Assembly: GCA_036557285.1 (NCBI GenBank) | Contig: DATBHW010000042.1 | Location: 59,412 to 123,411 of the forward strand | Source of the DNA: Ktedonobacterales bacterium | GTDB lineage: Bacteria; Chloroflexota; Ktedonobacteria; Ktedonobacterales; DATBGS01 | Direction of reading: 5' to 3' | DNA length: 64,000 nt | Shown: piece by piece, positions 1-8,706 of the stretch | How the letters are laid out: each line of letters begins with the position of its first letter | How positions within the stretch are numbered: the first letter of the stretch is position 1 | The notes under the pieces: model-generated | What the model was told of the DNA's origin: nothing | Database searches by the model: none | The model's input: only the letters and a program-made list of their open reading frames with translations | Position numbers and translations under genes: made by a program

Positions 1-1038
1 TGCGACACGCGCCGCCTGGGCCGGATTAAGCGTGAGCATGCCCACAACCTCCTGAAGCGACAAATCCCCCATCTGCACGATATTTCTAAGCGCCTGATCC
101 ATCGTCAGCACGCTGCCGGTAATCGTCCCATCGGCCAGGCGCGCAACACCATGAATCACCTGGGCTGGCTGTCCGGCAAAGGTGAAGGGACCATCGGGAA
201 TACCTGCTGCGGAGAGCGCATCCGTAATCACAATCGTGCGCCCTGGCCCCAGACTCTTCATCACGATACTCATCATGGCCGGGTGGACATGCAGGCCATC
301 TGCAATCAACTCGCCATACACCTGGCTCGCCCCGGCAATCGCGCCCAGTGGGCCTGGATGGCGATGATGAAGCGGGCGCATCGCGTTGCAGCAGTGGGTG
401 GCATGCGTAATCCCCAGTTCAATCGCTTCCTGGGTTTGTTCATACGTCGCGTCGGTGTGGCCGATACTCACGGTGACGCCAGCTTCGACGAGCCGCCGGA
501 TCATTGCCGCAGCGCCGGGCAGTTCAGGGGCCAGAGTGATGAGGCGCAAATGACCACCGGCCAGCGCCAGCACACGCTCAATCTCAGCGACATCTGGCAG
601 GCGCAGCCATGATTGCATATGCGCCCCCCGGCGTTGGGCGCTGATATATGGCCCTTCCAGGTGAATCCCCAGCGGTTCAGCGCCAGATTCCTGAGCATCA
701 ATAGCCTCAACTGCCGCCTGCAACTGCGCTTCGGGCAGCGCGCCAGGCGTCCCGACTACGCCAATTAGAAACGAAGTGACACCTGTTTCCGGCGCCCAAC
801 GCATATAAGATTGAATCTCCCCGGCATCACTGGTATGTAAGTTATAGCCCCCTCCTCCGTGTGTATGCACATCAATAAACCCCGGCATCACGATCATATC
901 CGTCGCATCAATGACCGTCCCTGCCAGCTCAGATGAAGTGCCTACCGCCTGGATGTGTGCGCCATCAAGAGAAATGTCGCCGTCGGGAAGTTCAGAAACG
1001 GCGTCCACCAGATGGACGCCATGTAACATCAATCTCAT
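1..1038 (-). CDS. nagA: N-acetylglucosamine-6-phosphate deacetylase (C-terminus lies beyond the left window edge)
   Basis: The minus-strand frame is open from ATG at 1038 to position 1. It is absent from the supplied track because there is no in-window stop. My translation reads MRLMLHGVHLVD..PGFIDVHTHGGGGYN..IHLEGPYISAQRRGAH..ITLAPE..SIGHTDA..THCCNAM..IADGLHVHP, which are the NagA amidohydrolase signature motifs. Confidence 0.9.
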   Translation of the reverse strand, partial: MRLMLHGVHLVDAVSELPDGDISLDGAHIQAVGTSSELAGTVIDATDMIVMPGFIDVHTHGGGGYNLHTSDAGEIQSYMRWAPETGVTSFLIGVVGTPGALPEAQLQAAVEAIDAQESGAEPLGIHLEGPYISAQRRGAHMQSWLRLPDVAEIERVLALAGGHLRLITLAPELPGAAAMIRRLVEAGVTVSIGHTDATYEQTQEAIELGITHATHCCNAMRPLHHRHPGPLGAIAGASQVYGELIADGLHVHPAMMSIVMKSLGPGRTIVITDALSAAGIPDGPFTFAGQPAQVIHGVARLADGTITGSVLTMDQALRNIVQMGDLSLQEVVGMLTLNPAQAARVA

Positions 1039-1112
1039 GAATGCTCTCTCCACTCGAACTGCTGCTGGTTCGCGTTATCGGGTGAAACGCTTCAGATTCC
1101 TCCCTTCCAGGC

Positions 1113-1142
1113 TTGACAGCCAGCAGATTATCTGGCATTATA
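1113..1142 (+). promoter_or_regulatory. Candidate sigma-70 promoter for the GntR-murQ operon
   Basis: TTGACA at 1113-1118, then a 17-18 nt spacer and cATTATA at 1136-1142, in the nagA/GntR divergent intergenic region. Confidence 0.4.
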
Positions 1143-1151
1143 TTAGAAGAT

Positions 1152-1169
1152 ATGTGGTCTATACAACAT
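1152..1169. promoter_or_regulatory. DasR/NagR-type (dre-like) palindromic operator
   Basis: ATGTGGTCTATACAACAT has 14 of 18 positions self-complementary. Its core TGGTCTATACAA matches 10 of 12 positions of the GntR/HutC dre core TGGTCTAGACCA. It lies just downstream of the candidate -10 element, between nagA and the GntR gene. Confidence 0.5.
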
Positions 1170-1316
1170 ACTAATTATACCACCTGCTGTAGTAGTACCA
1201 TATCGGCGCAAGAAAATCAACCCTTCAATAACTCCAGGGCCTATGCTTACCGGCTGCTATCTCATATAATGCCTGGAGAGTTTGTGAACACGCTAGAAAG
1301 GTTGGGATGAGAGAGC

Positions 1317-2063
1317 ATGAGTACTATTTACCGGCATAGCCCTGTCCCTCGCTATCATCAGTTGAAAGAAATCTTACGAGAAAAGATTCGCTCCGGGGAA
1401 TGGAAGCCTGGCGACCTCATCCCATCTGAACGCGAATTAAGCGAAACCTATGGCATCAGCCGCATGACCACTCGCCAGGCCATCACCGATCTGGTGAACG
1501 AAGGCGTCTTCTACCGCGAGCAAGGCAAAGGCACATTTGTCACCCGCCACAAGATTACCCAGCAATTGATGCGCCTCACCGGCTTTACCGAAGATATTCG
1601 CGCGCGCGGCCAGCAGCCGAGTACAAAAGTGCTTTCGGTCCAGATGCGCCCCGCCACAGAGATCACCGCCGAAAAACTCCGTGTGAGTGTGGGCCATTTG
1701 ATCTTTTGCTTGCACCGGCTGCGCCTCGCCGATGGTGAGCCGCTTGCCATCGAGCTTTCTCATATCAATTTCAAGGGCTGCGAAAAGCTGCTGGAAGAAG
1801 ATTTGGAACAAAACTCACTCTATCGGCTGCTCGAATCGAAATACGGCGTGCCGCTCATGGAAGCCGAGCAAGAACTGGAGGCCGGGCTGGCAGGCAATGA
1901 AGAATCGCAAATCCTGAAAATCCCCGTTGGCAGTTCCGTTCTGTATACCCGCCGCACCACCTTTACTGACCGCTATCAGCCCATCGAGTACGCCAAATCT
2001 GTCTACTGCGGCAACAAATATATCTTCTATACCCACCTTCGGCGCGAGCAGTTGTTCTCTTAG
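1317..2063 (+). CDS. GntR/HutC-family transcriptional regulator (NagR/DasR-like)
   Basis: 248 aa. The N-terminal winged helix (LPSERELSETYGISRMTTRQAITDLVNEGVFYREQGKGTFV) is followed by a UTRA-like C-terminal domain. The gene sits in an amino-sugar gene context. Its TAG stop (2061-2063) lies inside the MITE copy. Confidence 0.85.
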   Translation: MSTIYRHSPVPRYHQLKEILREKIRSGEWKPGDLIPSERELSETYGISRMTTRQAITDLVNEGVFYREQGKGTFVTRHKITQQLMRLTGFTEDIRARGQQPSTKVLSVQMRPATEITAEKLRVSVGHLIFCLHRLRLADGEPLAIELSHINFKGCEKLLEEDLEQNSLYRLLESKYGVPLMEAEQELEAGLAGNEESQILKIPVGSSVLYTRRTTFTDRYQPIEYAKSVYCGNKYIFYTHLRREQLFS

Positions 2064-2165
2064 AGCGCCTCACACAACCTCCGCACGAGCAGGGGCGGGG
2101 TTGTAGCGCCGTCCTTCCAGGCGGCAGGGGTGGGGCCAACCGTCGGTTGTGTGAGGCATTCTTAG
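2059..2165. repeat. 107-bp MITE-like element, copy 1
   Basis: Runs CTTAGAGCGCCTCACACAACC...GGTTGTGTGAGGCATTCTTAG with roughly 20-bp imperfect terminal inverted repeats. It is about 95% identical by eye to the copies at 42921-43027 (inverted) and 52877-52983. Its centre carries the REP core GTAGCGCCGTCCTTCCAGGCGGC. Confidence 0.85.
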
Positions 2166-2209
2166 TGAAATATCAGAGGATATTGAACGAGCAGAGAAGG
2201 GCAGGCAGC

Positions 2210-3145
2210 ATGTCAGCCGATCCGAACGCGCGTCTTTCGCAGGGGCAGCCTTATAACCAACTCGCAACCGAACAGGTTAATCAGGCGACCAGGGAGATTG
2301 ACCGCATGACGCCTCTGGAGATCGTCCGCGCCATGAATGCGGAAGACGCCAGAGTCGCGGGCGCTGTTCAGCAGGAATTGCCACAGATCGCCAGAGCCAT
2401 TGAAGCGATTGCGGCGCGGCTGAGGCGTAGTGGTCGGCTGATCTATATGGGCGCTGGCACGTCGGGCCGCCTGGGCGCGCTCGATGCCTCGGAGTGTCCG
2501 CCAACCTTCAACACGCCCTCCGACATGATTATTGGCTGTATGGCTGGCGGCCCATCGGCCCTTACCAGGGCTATGGAGGACAAAGAGGACAGCGCCGAGT
2601 CTGGTAGGGCCGACGCGGCGCAGTTCAACATCACCGAGGCAGACGCGCTGGTGGGCATCACCGCCAGCGGGCGAACGGCTTATGTCCTTGGGGCCATCGC
2701 CTACGCCAGAGAACAAGGCGCGCTGACCATTGGCCTGGCCTGCAACGCTGGCACACCGCTGGAACAGCAGGTAGACATCATCATCGCGCCAATCGTCGGG
2801 CCAGAAGTCATCAGCGGCTCGACACGCCTGAAAGCAGGCACTGCGCAGAAGATGGTGCTGAATATGCTCAGCACCGGCGCGATGATTCTGCTGGGCAAGA
2901 CGTTCGGCAACCTGATGGTAGATGTTCAGCCGACTAACCAGAAACTCCATCAACGCGCTTTAGAGATCGTGCGGCAGGCTACCGGACTGGAGCAGGATGC
3001 CGCCGAGGCCCTGCTCGTGGCTTCAGGCGGCGAGGTCAAGACCGCCATCCTCGCAGCGCGCGCCAACATCGAGCCGGAGCAGGCCAGAGCGCGCCTTGCC
3101 GCACATGGCAGCATTCTTCGCGCAGCCCTGGACGCGCGCCCATGA
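2210..3145 (+). CDS. murQ: N-acetylmuramic acid 6-phosphate etherase
   Basis: SIS-domain protein with LIYMGAGTSGRLGALDASECPPTF..ASGRT..GSTRLKAGTAQKMVLNMLST..GNLMVDV. I chose the ATG at 2210 because the longer track start (2147) lies inside the MITE. Confidence 0.9.
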   Translation: MSADPNARLSQGQPYNQLATEQVNQATREIDRMTPLEIVRAMNAEDARVAGAVQQELPQIARAIEAIAARLRRSGRLIYMGAGTSGRLGALDASECPPTFNTPSDMIIGCMAGGPSALTRAMEDKEDSAESGRADAAQFNITEADALVGITASGRTAYVLGAIAYAREQGALTIGLACNAGTPLEQQVDIIIAPIVGPEVISGSTRLKAGTAQKMVLNMLSTGAMILLGKTFGNLMVDVQPTNQKLHQRALEIVRQATGLEQDAAEALLVASGGEVKTAILAARANIEPEQARARLAAHGSILRAALDARP

Positions 3146-4122
3146 CCAGCATTTCAGCCGATAAACATCCCAATCCTCATTTCCTGGGCATTGACGGCGG
3201 CGGCAGCAAAACGCTGGCCGTGATCGTAGATGCGCAGGGCATCGAGCGCGGGCGCGCGCTGGCTGGCAGCGCAAATTACGCGGCTGTCGGCGTCGAGCAA
3301 GCCATCAAACATCTCCACGCGGCGGCTGAGCAGGCAGCAGCCTGCGCCGCCTGCCGATTGCCTCTCAAGGCCGCGTGGCTTGGCCTGGCAGGCGTTGATC
3401 GGCCCGGCGATCTGGCTCTGCTCCTCCCCTGGCTTCAGTCGCTGGCCGACTTCATCCGTCTCACTAACGACGCCGAACTCCTGCTGAGCGCCCTGGATGA
3501 CGCCGTTGGCGTGGCGCTCGTCGCGGGAACCGGCTCAATCGCCCTGGGGAGAGACGCGCGCGGCGTTATCACGCGCGCTGGCGGTTGGGGGCATATCCTG
3601 GGGGATGAAGGCAGCGGCTATGACATAGGCCGCCTGGCCTTGCAGACGGCAACACGCGCTGCCGATGGCCGGGGCGAGGCCACCGCTCTGCTGGAGCATA
3701 TCATGACCCATTGGAACCTTGATAGACCAGACGATATGATCGGGCGTGTCTATAACAACGATGACAAAGCCGAAATCGCGCGCCTCTCGTCCCTGGTCTT
3801 CCTGGCGGCCCGCGCCGGAGATCACGCGGCGCGCAAGATTACGCGGCACGCCGCAGATGAACTGGCCCTCGCAGCCATCACCGTTTGCAACGCTCTTGAT
3901 TTCTCAGGCGGGCGCGTTGCTCTGGCGCTTGGCGGAGGACTGTTCCTGCACGAAGCCGCTTTCCGCAGCCAGACGCTGCGCCGCATCCGCCGCCGCCAGC
4001 CCCTTGGCCGCGTTGCTATCGTTGATCAGCCCGCGCTCAGCGCCGCCCGCGCGGCTATCCACCTGGAAACGGCCAGCACATGGGCCAACAAGCCAGCGCA
4101 CAATGTCTCTCAAAGGAGATAA
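3142..4122 (+). CDS. BadF/BadG/BcrA/BcrD-type ATPase; GlcNAc/MurNAc kinase (MurK-like)
   Basis: FLGIDGGGSKT phosphate-1 motif plus GTGSIA and GWGHILGDEGSG. A 4-bp ATGA overlap with the murQ stop suggests translational coupling. Confidence 0.75.
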   Translation: MTSISADKHPNPHFLGIDGGGSKTLAVIVDAQGIERGRALAGSANYAAVGVEQAIKHLHAAAEQAAACAACRLPLKAAWLGLAGVDRPGDLALLLPWLQSLADFIRLTNDAELLLSALDDAVGVALVAGTGSIALGRDARGVITRAGGWGHILGDEGSGYDIGRLALQTATRAADGRGEATALLEHIMTHWNLDRPDDMIGRVYNNDDKAEIARLSSLVFLAARAGDHAARKITRHAADELALAAITVCNALDFSGGRVALALGGGLFLHEAAFRSQTLRRIRRRQPLGRVAIVDQPALSAARAAIHLETASTWANKPAHNVSQRR

Positions 4123-4127
4123 CCCAC

Positions 4128-5735
4128 ATGCCAGGAGACACCACCGGAATGACCCTTGAGCAGCAAATCGGCCAGCTTTTTATGGTTGGCTTCGACGGAA
4201 CCAGCGCCTCGCCAGGGATCATTGACCTGATTCAGCGTTACCATGTTGGCGGCGTCATATTTTTTTCGCGCAACATCGCCAGCGCCCAGCAGGTCTCGGC
4301 GCTGACTCGCAGCCTGCAAGGAGCAGCAAAGGCAGCCGGGCATCGTTATCCCCTGCTCATCAGCATTGACCAGGAAAACGGCATGGTGCGGCGGCTGGGG
4401 CCGGATATGACCGCCTTTCCGGGCAGCATGGCCCTGGGCGCCATCGGCTCAGAGCAGATAACCTATGACGTGGCCCAGGCCACCGGCGAAGAACTCAAAG
4501 CCGTCGGCATCAACATGAACCTCGCGCCAGTTGCCGATGTCAACAACAACCCTGCCAATCCGGTCATCGGCGTGCGCTCGTTCGGCGAAGACCCCCAGCA
4601 GGTGGCCCGACTCACCGCCGCTGCGGTGCGGGGCTATCGCGCTGCTGGTATTATCACTGCGATCAAGCACTTTCCGGGTCATGGCGACACCGCAACGGAC
4701 TCTCATCGCGCCCTGCCAGTTGTCCCACACAGCATGGAGCGCCTGTCTGCCGTCGAACTCGTCCCCTTCAAGCGCGGCATCGAGGCGGGCGCAGACACGG
4801 TAATGATCGCGCACATCTCCCTGCCCGCCATTATGCCGCCCGATGGGCTGCCTGCCACCGTATCGCCCGCCGTCATACATGACCTGCTCCGCGAGCAGCT
4901 TGGCTATGAGGGCGTCGTCATCTCCGACTGTATGGAAATGGACGCCATCACCAAAACCGTTGGCGCTGAACAGGGATCGATACTGGCGCTGAAGGCTGGG
5001 ACCGATCTGGTCCTGGTCTCGCATCGCTATGACCGCCAGCGCGCCAGCATCGAGGCCGCACTAGCCGGAGCCAGATCAGGCGCGCTCCCCCCGGAAACCA
5101 TCAGCCAGGCCGTAGAGCGCGTGCTGCGCCTCAAGCAGCGCCTTGTATCCTGGGATGACGCCCTGCCCGCCGCGCCGCCAGCCTGGGCCGGCAGCGAAGC
5201 ACACCAACAGCTTGCTCAGCGCGCCTACGAACAATCAACCACCCTCGTCAGAAACGAAGATGCGCTGCTGCCGCTCCGCCTGGACCCGTCAGATGCGCTT
5301 CTCGTCCTCTTGCCCAGGCCCACTACTTTTTCCCAGGCTTCAGACAAAGCGCATCATCACAAGTTCTTTGCTGAAATCATCCGCCAGCGCCACAACGCGG
5401 TAAACATCCTCTCTCTTTCTCCTCAGCCAACCGAGGCCGAATACCAGCGGGCGCTGCAAGCCGCCAGGAGTGCAAAAGCAACCATCGTGCTCACTATGAA
5501 CGCCAATCTGGACAAACACCAGACACAACTTATGCAAGCCTTGCTCCAGACAGACGCACCCGTCATAGGCGTTGCTGTGGGCAATCCGTATGATTTGCTG
5601 GCTTTTCCGGCCCTGCGCACCTATCTCGCCACCTATGAATACACCCAGCCAGCCCTGGCGGCGGCGGCGCGCGTCCTCTTTGGCGAAATACAACCGCAAG
5701 GACGCTTGCCGGTGAGCCTCCCAGGACTGGCATAG
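4128..5735 (+). CDS. nagZ: Glycoside hydrolase family 3 beta-N-acetylhexosaminidase
   Basis: QIGQLFMVGF and KHFPGHGDTATDSH motifs, with the VISDCMEM nucleophile region. AAAGGAG lies 7 nt upstream of the ATG at 4128. Confidence 0.85.
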   Translation: MPGDTTGMTLEQQIGQLFMVGFDGTSASPGIIDLIQRYHVGGVIFFSRNIASAQQVSALTRSLQGAAKAAGHRYPLLISIDQENGMVRRLGPDMTAFPGSMALGAIGSEQITYDVAQATGEELKAVGINMNLAPVADVNNNPANPVIGVRSFGEDPQQVARLTAAAVRGYRAAGIITAIKHFPGHGDTATDSHRALPVVPHSMERLSAVELVPFKRGIEAGADTVMIAHISLPAIMPPDGLPATVSPAVIHDLLREQLGYEGVVISDCMEMDAITKTVGAEQGSILALKAGTDLVLVSHRYDRQRASIEAALAGARSGALPPETISQAVERVLRLKQRLVSWDDALPAAPPAWAGSEAHQQLAQRAYEQSTTLVRNEDALLPLRLDPSDALLVLLPRPTTFSQASDKAHHHKFFAEIIRQRHNAVNILSLSPQPTEAEYQRALQAARSAKATIVLTMNANLDKHQTQLMQALLQTDAPVIGVAVGNPYDLLAFPALRTYLATYEYTQPALAAAARVLFGEIQPQGRLPVSLPGLA

Positions 5736-5840
5736 ATCAGAAACCATTTGCTGATGGGAATGGGCCTTGCCTGTTGTTGTTGAAACTGCTATACTCCCAT
5801 TACGCCGACCAGGCAAAGCTCACAGGGGAGGAAAAATGTC

Positions 5841-7859
5841 GTGGCACAAGATGGGCAAGAAATTGCTGGCTACAAGCTGCTCAAGAAAATTGGCGAAGGT
5901 GGCATGGGGCAAGTCTTCCTTGCCGACCAGCTTCGTCTGAAGCGCCAGGTTGCCATCAAACTGGTGCATCTGGATGTCAAAGCCGATGTCCCGCCTGGGG
6001 GCGCCGAACCGGCGGAAGAGTTGACACGCGAGGCCGAGGCGCTGATGGCGCTGGAGCATCCGCATATTTTATCGCTGTATGATACCGGACGCGAGGGGGA
6101 CACCGCCTATCTGGTAATGCCCTACATTCCTGAAGGCTCGCTTCAGGACGCGCTGCGTTCTGGGCCACGCCAGCAGCTTCACCTCCCCTTGCCGCCTGGG
6201 GAAGCTCTGCTGTATATCGAGCAGGCTGCATCCGCCCTCCAGTACGCGCATGACCGCAACTTCATCCACCGCGACGTGAAACCAGCTAATTTTCTGATTC
6301 GTTCGCTTTCACGCTCCAGCGGAGGCGGGCGTGGCATGAAGCGTCTGCACCTCTTTCTCGCCGATTTTGGCCTTTCCAAGTTTCTCGCCTATTCCACCAA
6401 TACCACCCACCTCTCCGGCACGCCCACCTACATGGCTCCAGAGCAGTTCCAGGGCCACGCCAGCCCTGCCAGCGACCAATATTCGCTGGCGATCCTCTTC
6501 TTTTATCTCTTGACCGGCGATCTCCCCTATCGCGGCTCGCCCGTTGAACTCATGTTTCGTCATCTAAACGACGCCCCCCCATCTGTCGCCTCCCTGGTGA
6601 AAGGCATCCCTGAATCGCTTGCCAGCATCGTCCAGCGCGGCATGGCAAAGACACCAGAGGAACGTTATCCATCCGTAGGAAGCATGGCGGAGGCTGCCCG
6701 TGAGGCGCTGGCGGAGGCCGGCCTGGTCCCTTCGCACGACTCTTTTCCCATCATGCCAGCCGTTCGAGCCGCTGACCTGCAATCGGAAAAGCCCAGGGAA
6801 AAGCCCAAAGAATCCGGGCAAGATATTCCCCTGGCCCCGACGGCTGTGCTGGGGTCTTCAGGGGTGTCCTCTGCCGCCACCATCATCACCGACGATCTGG
6901 TAACATCAAGAGACCCTGTGGAGCCGAAGGCGCAGGCTGCCGAGAGTTCGCTGCCCACGATTGCAGGAAAGGTGGACGAAGGGTCACTTCCGACGCTTCC
7001 AGTCGAAAAACCCAGTCAGCCCCCCAAAGCGCCCAAAGGCGACAAACCAGCTTCGGAGGGTCGGCCACGCCGACGCGGTTTGATGGTCGCACTGGCCGCG
7101 CTGGCTGCCGTCGTGCTGTTGGGCGCTGTCCTGGGCGGCGGAGCGTTCATGCAAATAGGCCCATTCCAAAAGAGTACGCCGCAAAATAATACACCCGTCG
7201 CTCAGATTACTCAGCAGCCGACATCTGCGCCAACCACCACAGCCACGCTCGGACCAACACCCACACCCACGCAAGTGTTGGCAGCCGACCTTCTCACCCG
7301 CATCCTCGCGCAAAGCCCATTCGTCACCGTTGATCTGAACCAGGGGTCTGGACCGTGGGACGGGCCAGCCCTGCTTGATAAAAATGGGCGTGCTGATCTG
7401 CGTACCCCACCAGGCAGAGTAAATCTTACAAATGGCATCCTGACCTACAGCGCCCGGACGTTCCCGACTCCCCTGGCTATCGCCGTTGATTTGACGGCGG
7501 CATCCGACCGAGAGTTCTATATCCTGCTGGATACCACTACTACCGGAAAGAGCGGCCATCTCTATTATCGCCTGCGATTCACCAACAGCGCAGCCCCGCA
7601 GGCCGCGCACTCAACGAATAATAGAAACTTTACTAACGATGGCACAGCCTCCGGTGGAAGCACAGCCTGGACCGATGGTAAGAAGCATACGCTTATCCTC
7701 GTACTGGACGGCACACGCCTCTTGTCCTACTTCGATAACCATCCTCTGGTGGACGCGAAGATTCCTCTGCCTAACGCGCAGGCAAGGCTCATCCTGGCTA
7801 CCCGCGACTTTGCCTCGATAACAGGGATTCGCGCCTACCGCGTTCCGCAGACGACATAA
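5841..7859 (+). CDS. Ser/Thr protein kinase with one TM segment and an extracytoplasmic beta-sandwich-like domain
   Basis: GTG start preceded by GGAGG. Kinase motifs: GEGGMGQVF, AIK, HRDVKPANFLI, ADFGLSK, GTPTYMAPE. A Pro/Thr-rich linker and the TM segment LMVALAALAAVVLLGAVLGGGAF follow. Confidence 0.9.
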   Translation: MAQDGQEIAGYKLLKKIGEGGMGQVFLADQLRLKRQVAIKLVHLDVKADVPPGGAEPAEELTREAEALMALEHPHILSLYDTGREGDTAYLVMPYIPEGSLQDALRSGPRQQLHLPLPPGEALLYIEQAASALQYAHDRNFIHRDVKPANFLIRSLSRSSGGGRGMKRLHLFLADFGLSKFLAYSTNTTHLSGTPTYMAPEQFQGHASPASDQYSLAILFFYLLTGDLPYRGSPVELMFRHLNDAPPSVASLVKGIPESLASIVQRGMAKTPEERYPSVGSMAEAAREALAEAGLVPSHDSFPIMPAVRAADLQSEKPREKPKESGQDIPLAPTAVLGSSGVSSAATIITDDLVTSRDPVEPKAQAAESSLPTIAGKVDEGSLPTLPVEKPSQPPKAPKGDKPASEGRPRRRGLMVALAALAAVVLLGAVLGGGAFMQIGPFQKSTPQNNTPVAQITQQPTSAPTTTATLGPTPTPTQVLAADLLTRILAQSPFVTVDLNQGSGPWDGPALLDKNGRADLRTPPGRVNLTNGILTYSARTFPTPLAIAVDLTAASDREFYILLDTTTTGKSGHLYYRLRFTNSAAPQAAHSTNNRNFTNDGTASGGSTAWTDGKKHTLILVLDGTRLLSYFDNHPLVDAKIPLPNAQARLILATRDFASITGIRAYRVPQTT

Positions 7860-7864
7860 ACCCC

Positions 7865-8020
7865 GTAGCGCCGCCGTCTCAGCGGCCACTCGTAGCGCCG
7901 CCGTCCCGGCGGCCCAACGCTGGCCCAGGCGCGCGCTGCCCTTTCACGCAGTTCGCCGGGCGCCTGTGCTGGCACACATGCTGCGGGAAACCACCTGTAG
8001 CGCCAGAAAGGGGGCGCTCT
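7865..8020. repeat. REP-like cluster (two tandem GTAGCGCCGCCGTC-hairpin units plus a variant hairpin)
   Basis: GTAGCGCCGCCGTCTCAGCGGC at 7865-7886 and GTAGCGCCGCCGTCCCGGCGGC at 7892-7913. The variant is GTAGCGCCagaaagggGGCGCT near 7995-8020. The cluster is intergenic. Confidence 0.8.
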
Positions 8021-8022
8021 CC

Positions 8023-8706
8023 ATGCGTGTTGTTCGCTGGCTCCTCTCCTTGCTGCTGGGGTATGCGCTTGGCTCGTTCCCTTCCGGGGTGATGATCGGG
8101 CGCTGGAAGGGCGTTGATGTGCGCCGCTATGGCAGCGGCAGAACCGGCGCAACCAACGTGCTGCGCATCCTCGACCCTCGCAGCGCCGGACTGGTCGCTG
8201 TTCTGGATATACTCAAGGGCGCGCTGCCGGTATTGCTTTCGCGCGCGCTCTTCAAGCCGCGCGACGATTGGAACGACGCAGCCGCAGGTATGGGAGCAGT
8301 TCTCGGACACACACGCTCGATCTTCCTGCGCTTCCGGGGTGGGCGCGGCGTCCTGACCGCTGGCGGCGCGATGCTGCCCATGAACCCGTTCATCACCTGG
8401 ACCGCCCTGATAGCTGCCGCTGTGCCTATCGCCCTGACGCGCTATATCTCGTTGGGATCGATGATCGGCGTCTCCAGCCAGGCGGTGATGTCACTGTCTC
8501 TGGCGCTCAGTAAACGCGACTCCTGGGCGCACTTCGCTTACGCCCTCGTCAGCAGCGCCTGGGTGGTTGCCGAGCATCATGATAACATCCGGCGGCTGCT
8601 CGCAGGCACAGAGCGCAAAGTCGGCGAGAAAGTCCAGATCAAGCTGGAAACGGCTCAAACAGGCGCCTGCTCTGATAGCTCCTCTTTGCCCACCCAGGCG
8701 CGATAA
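8023..8706 (+). CDS. plsY: Glycerol-3-phosphate acyltransferase PlsY
   Basis: LLGYALGSFPSG, GSGRTGATNV, LDILKG, GHTRSIFLRFRGGRGV and HHDNIRRLLAGTE. The ATG at 8023 was chosen after AAAGGGGG. Confidence 0.85.
   Translation: MRVVRWLLSLLLGYALGSFPSGVMIGRWKGVDVRRYGSGRTGATNVLRILDPRSAGLVAVLDILKGALPVLLSRALFKPRDDWNDAAAGMGAVLGHTRSIFLRFRGGRGVLTAGGAMLPMNPFITWTALIAAAVPIALTRYISLGSMIGVSSQAVMSLSLALSKRDSWAHFAYALVSSAWVVAEHHDNIRRLLAGTERKVGEKVQIKLETAQTGACSDSSSLPTQAR

Noticed and set aside
2147-2209. Longer N-terminal extensions proposed by the track for murQ (2147), glpF (11648), the small gene at 18602, glpD (10445) and others.
   Set aside because: For murQ, glpF and the small gene the extensions are translations of MITE/REP sequence; the glpD extension is an unconserved-looking leader. 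Internal ATGs with Shine-Dalgarno-like sequences give proteins of canonical length.
7865-7913. REP clusters as degenerate CRISPR repeats.
   Set aside because: The units are self-palindromic and irregularly spaced. They occur singly or as inverted pairs at many loci, which is REP/MITE behaviour.
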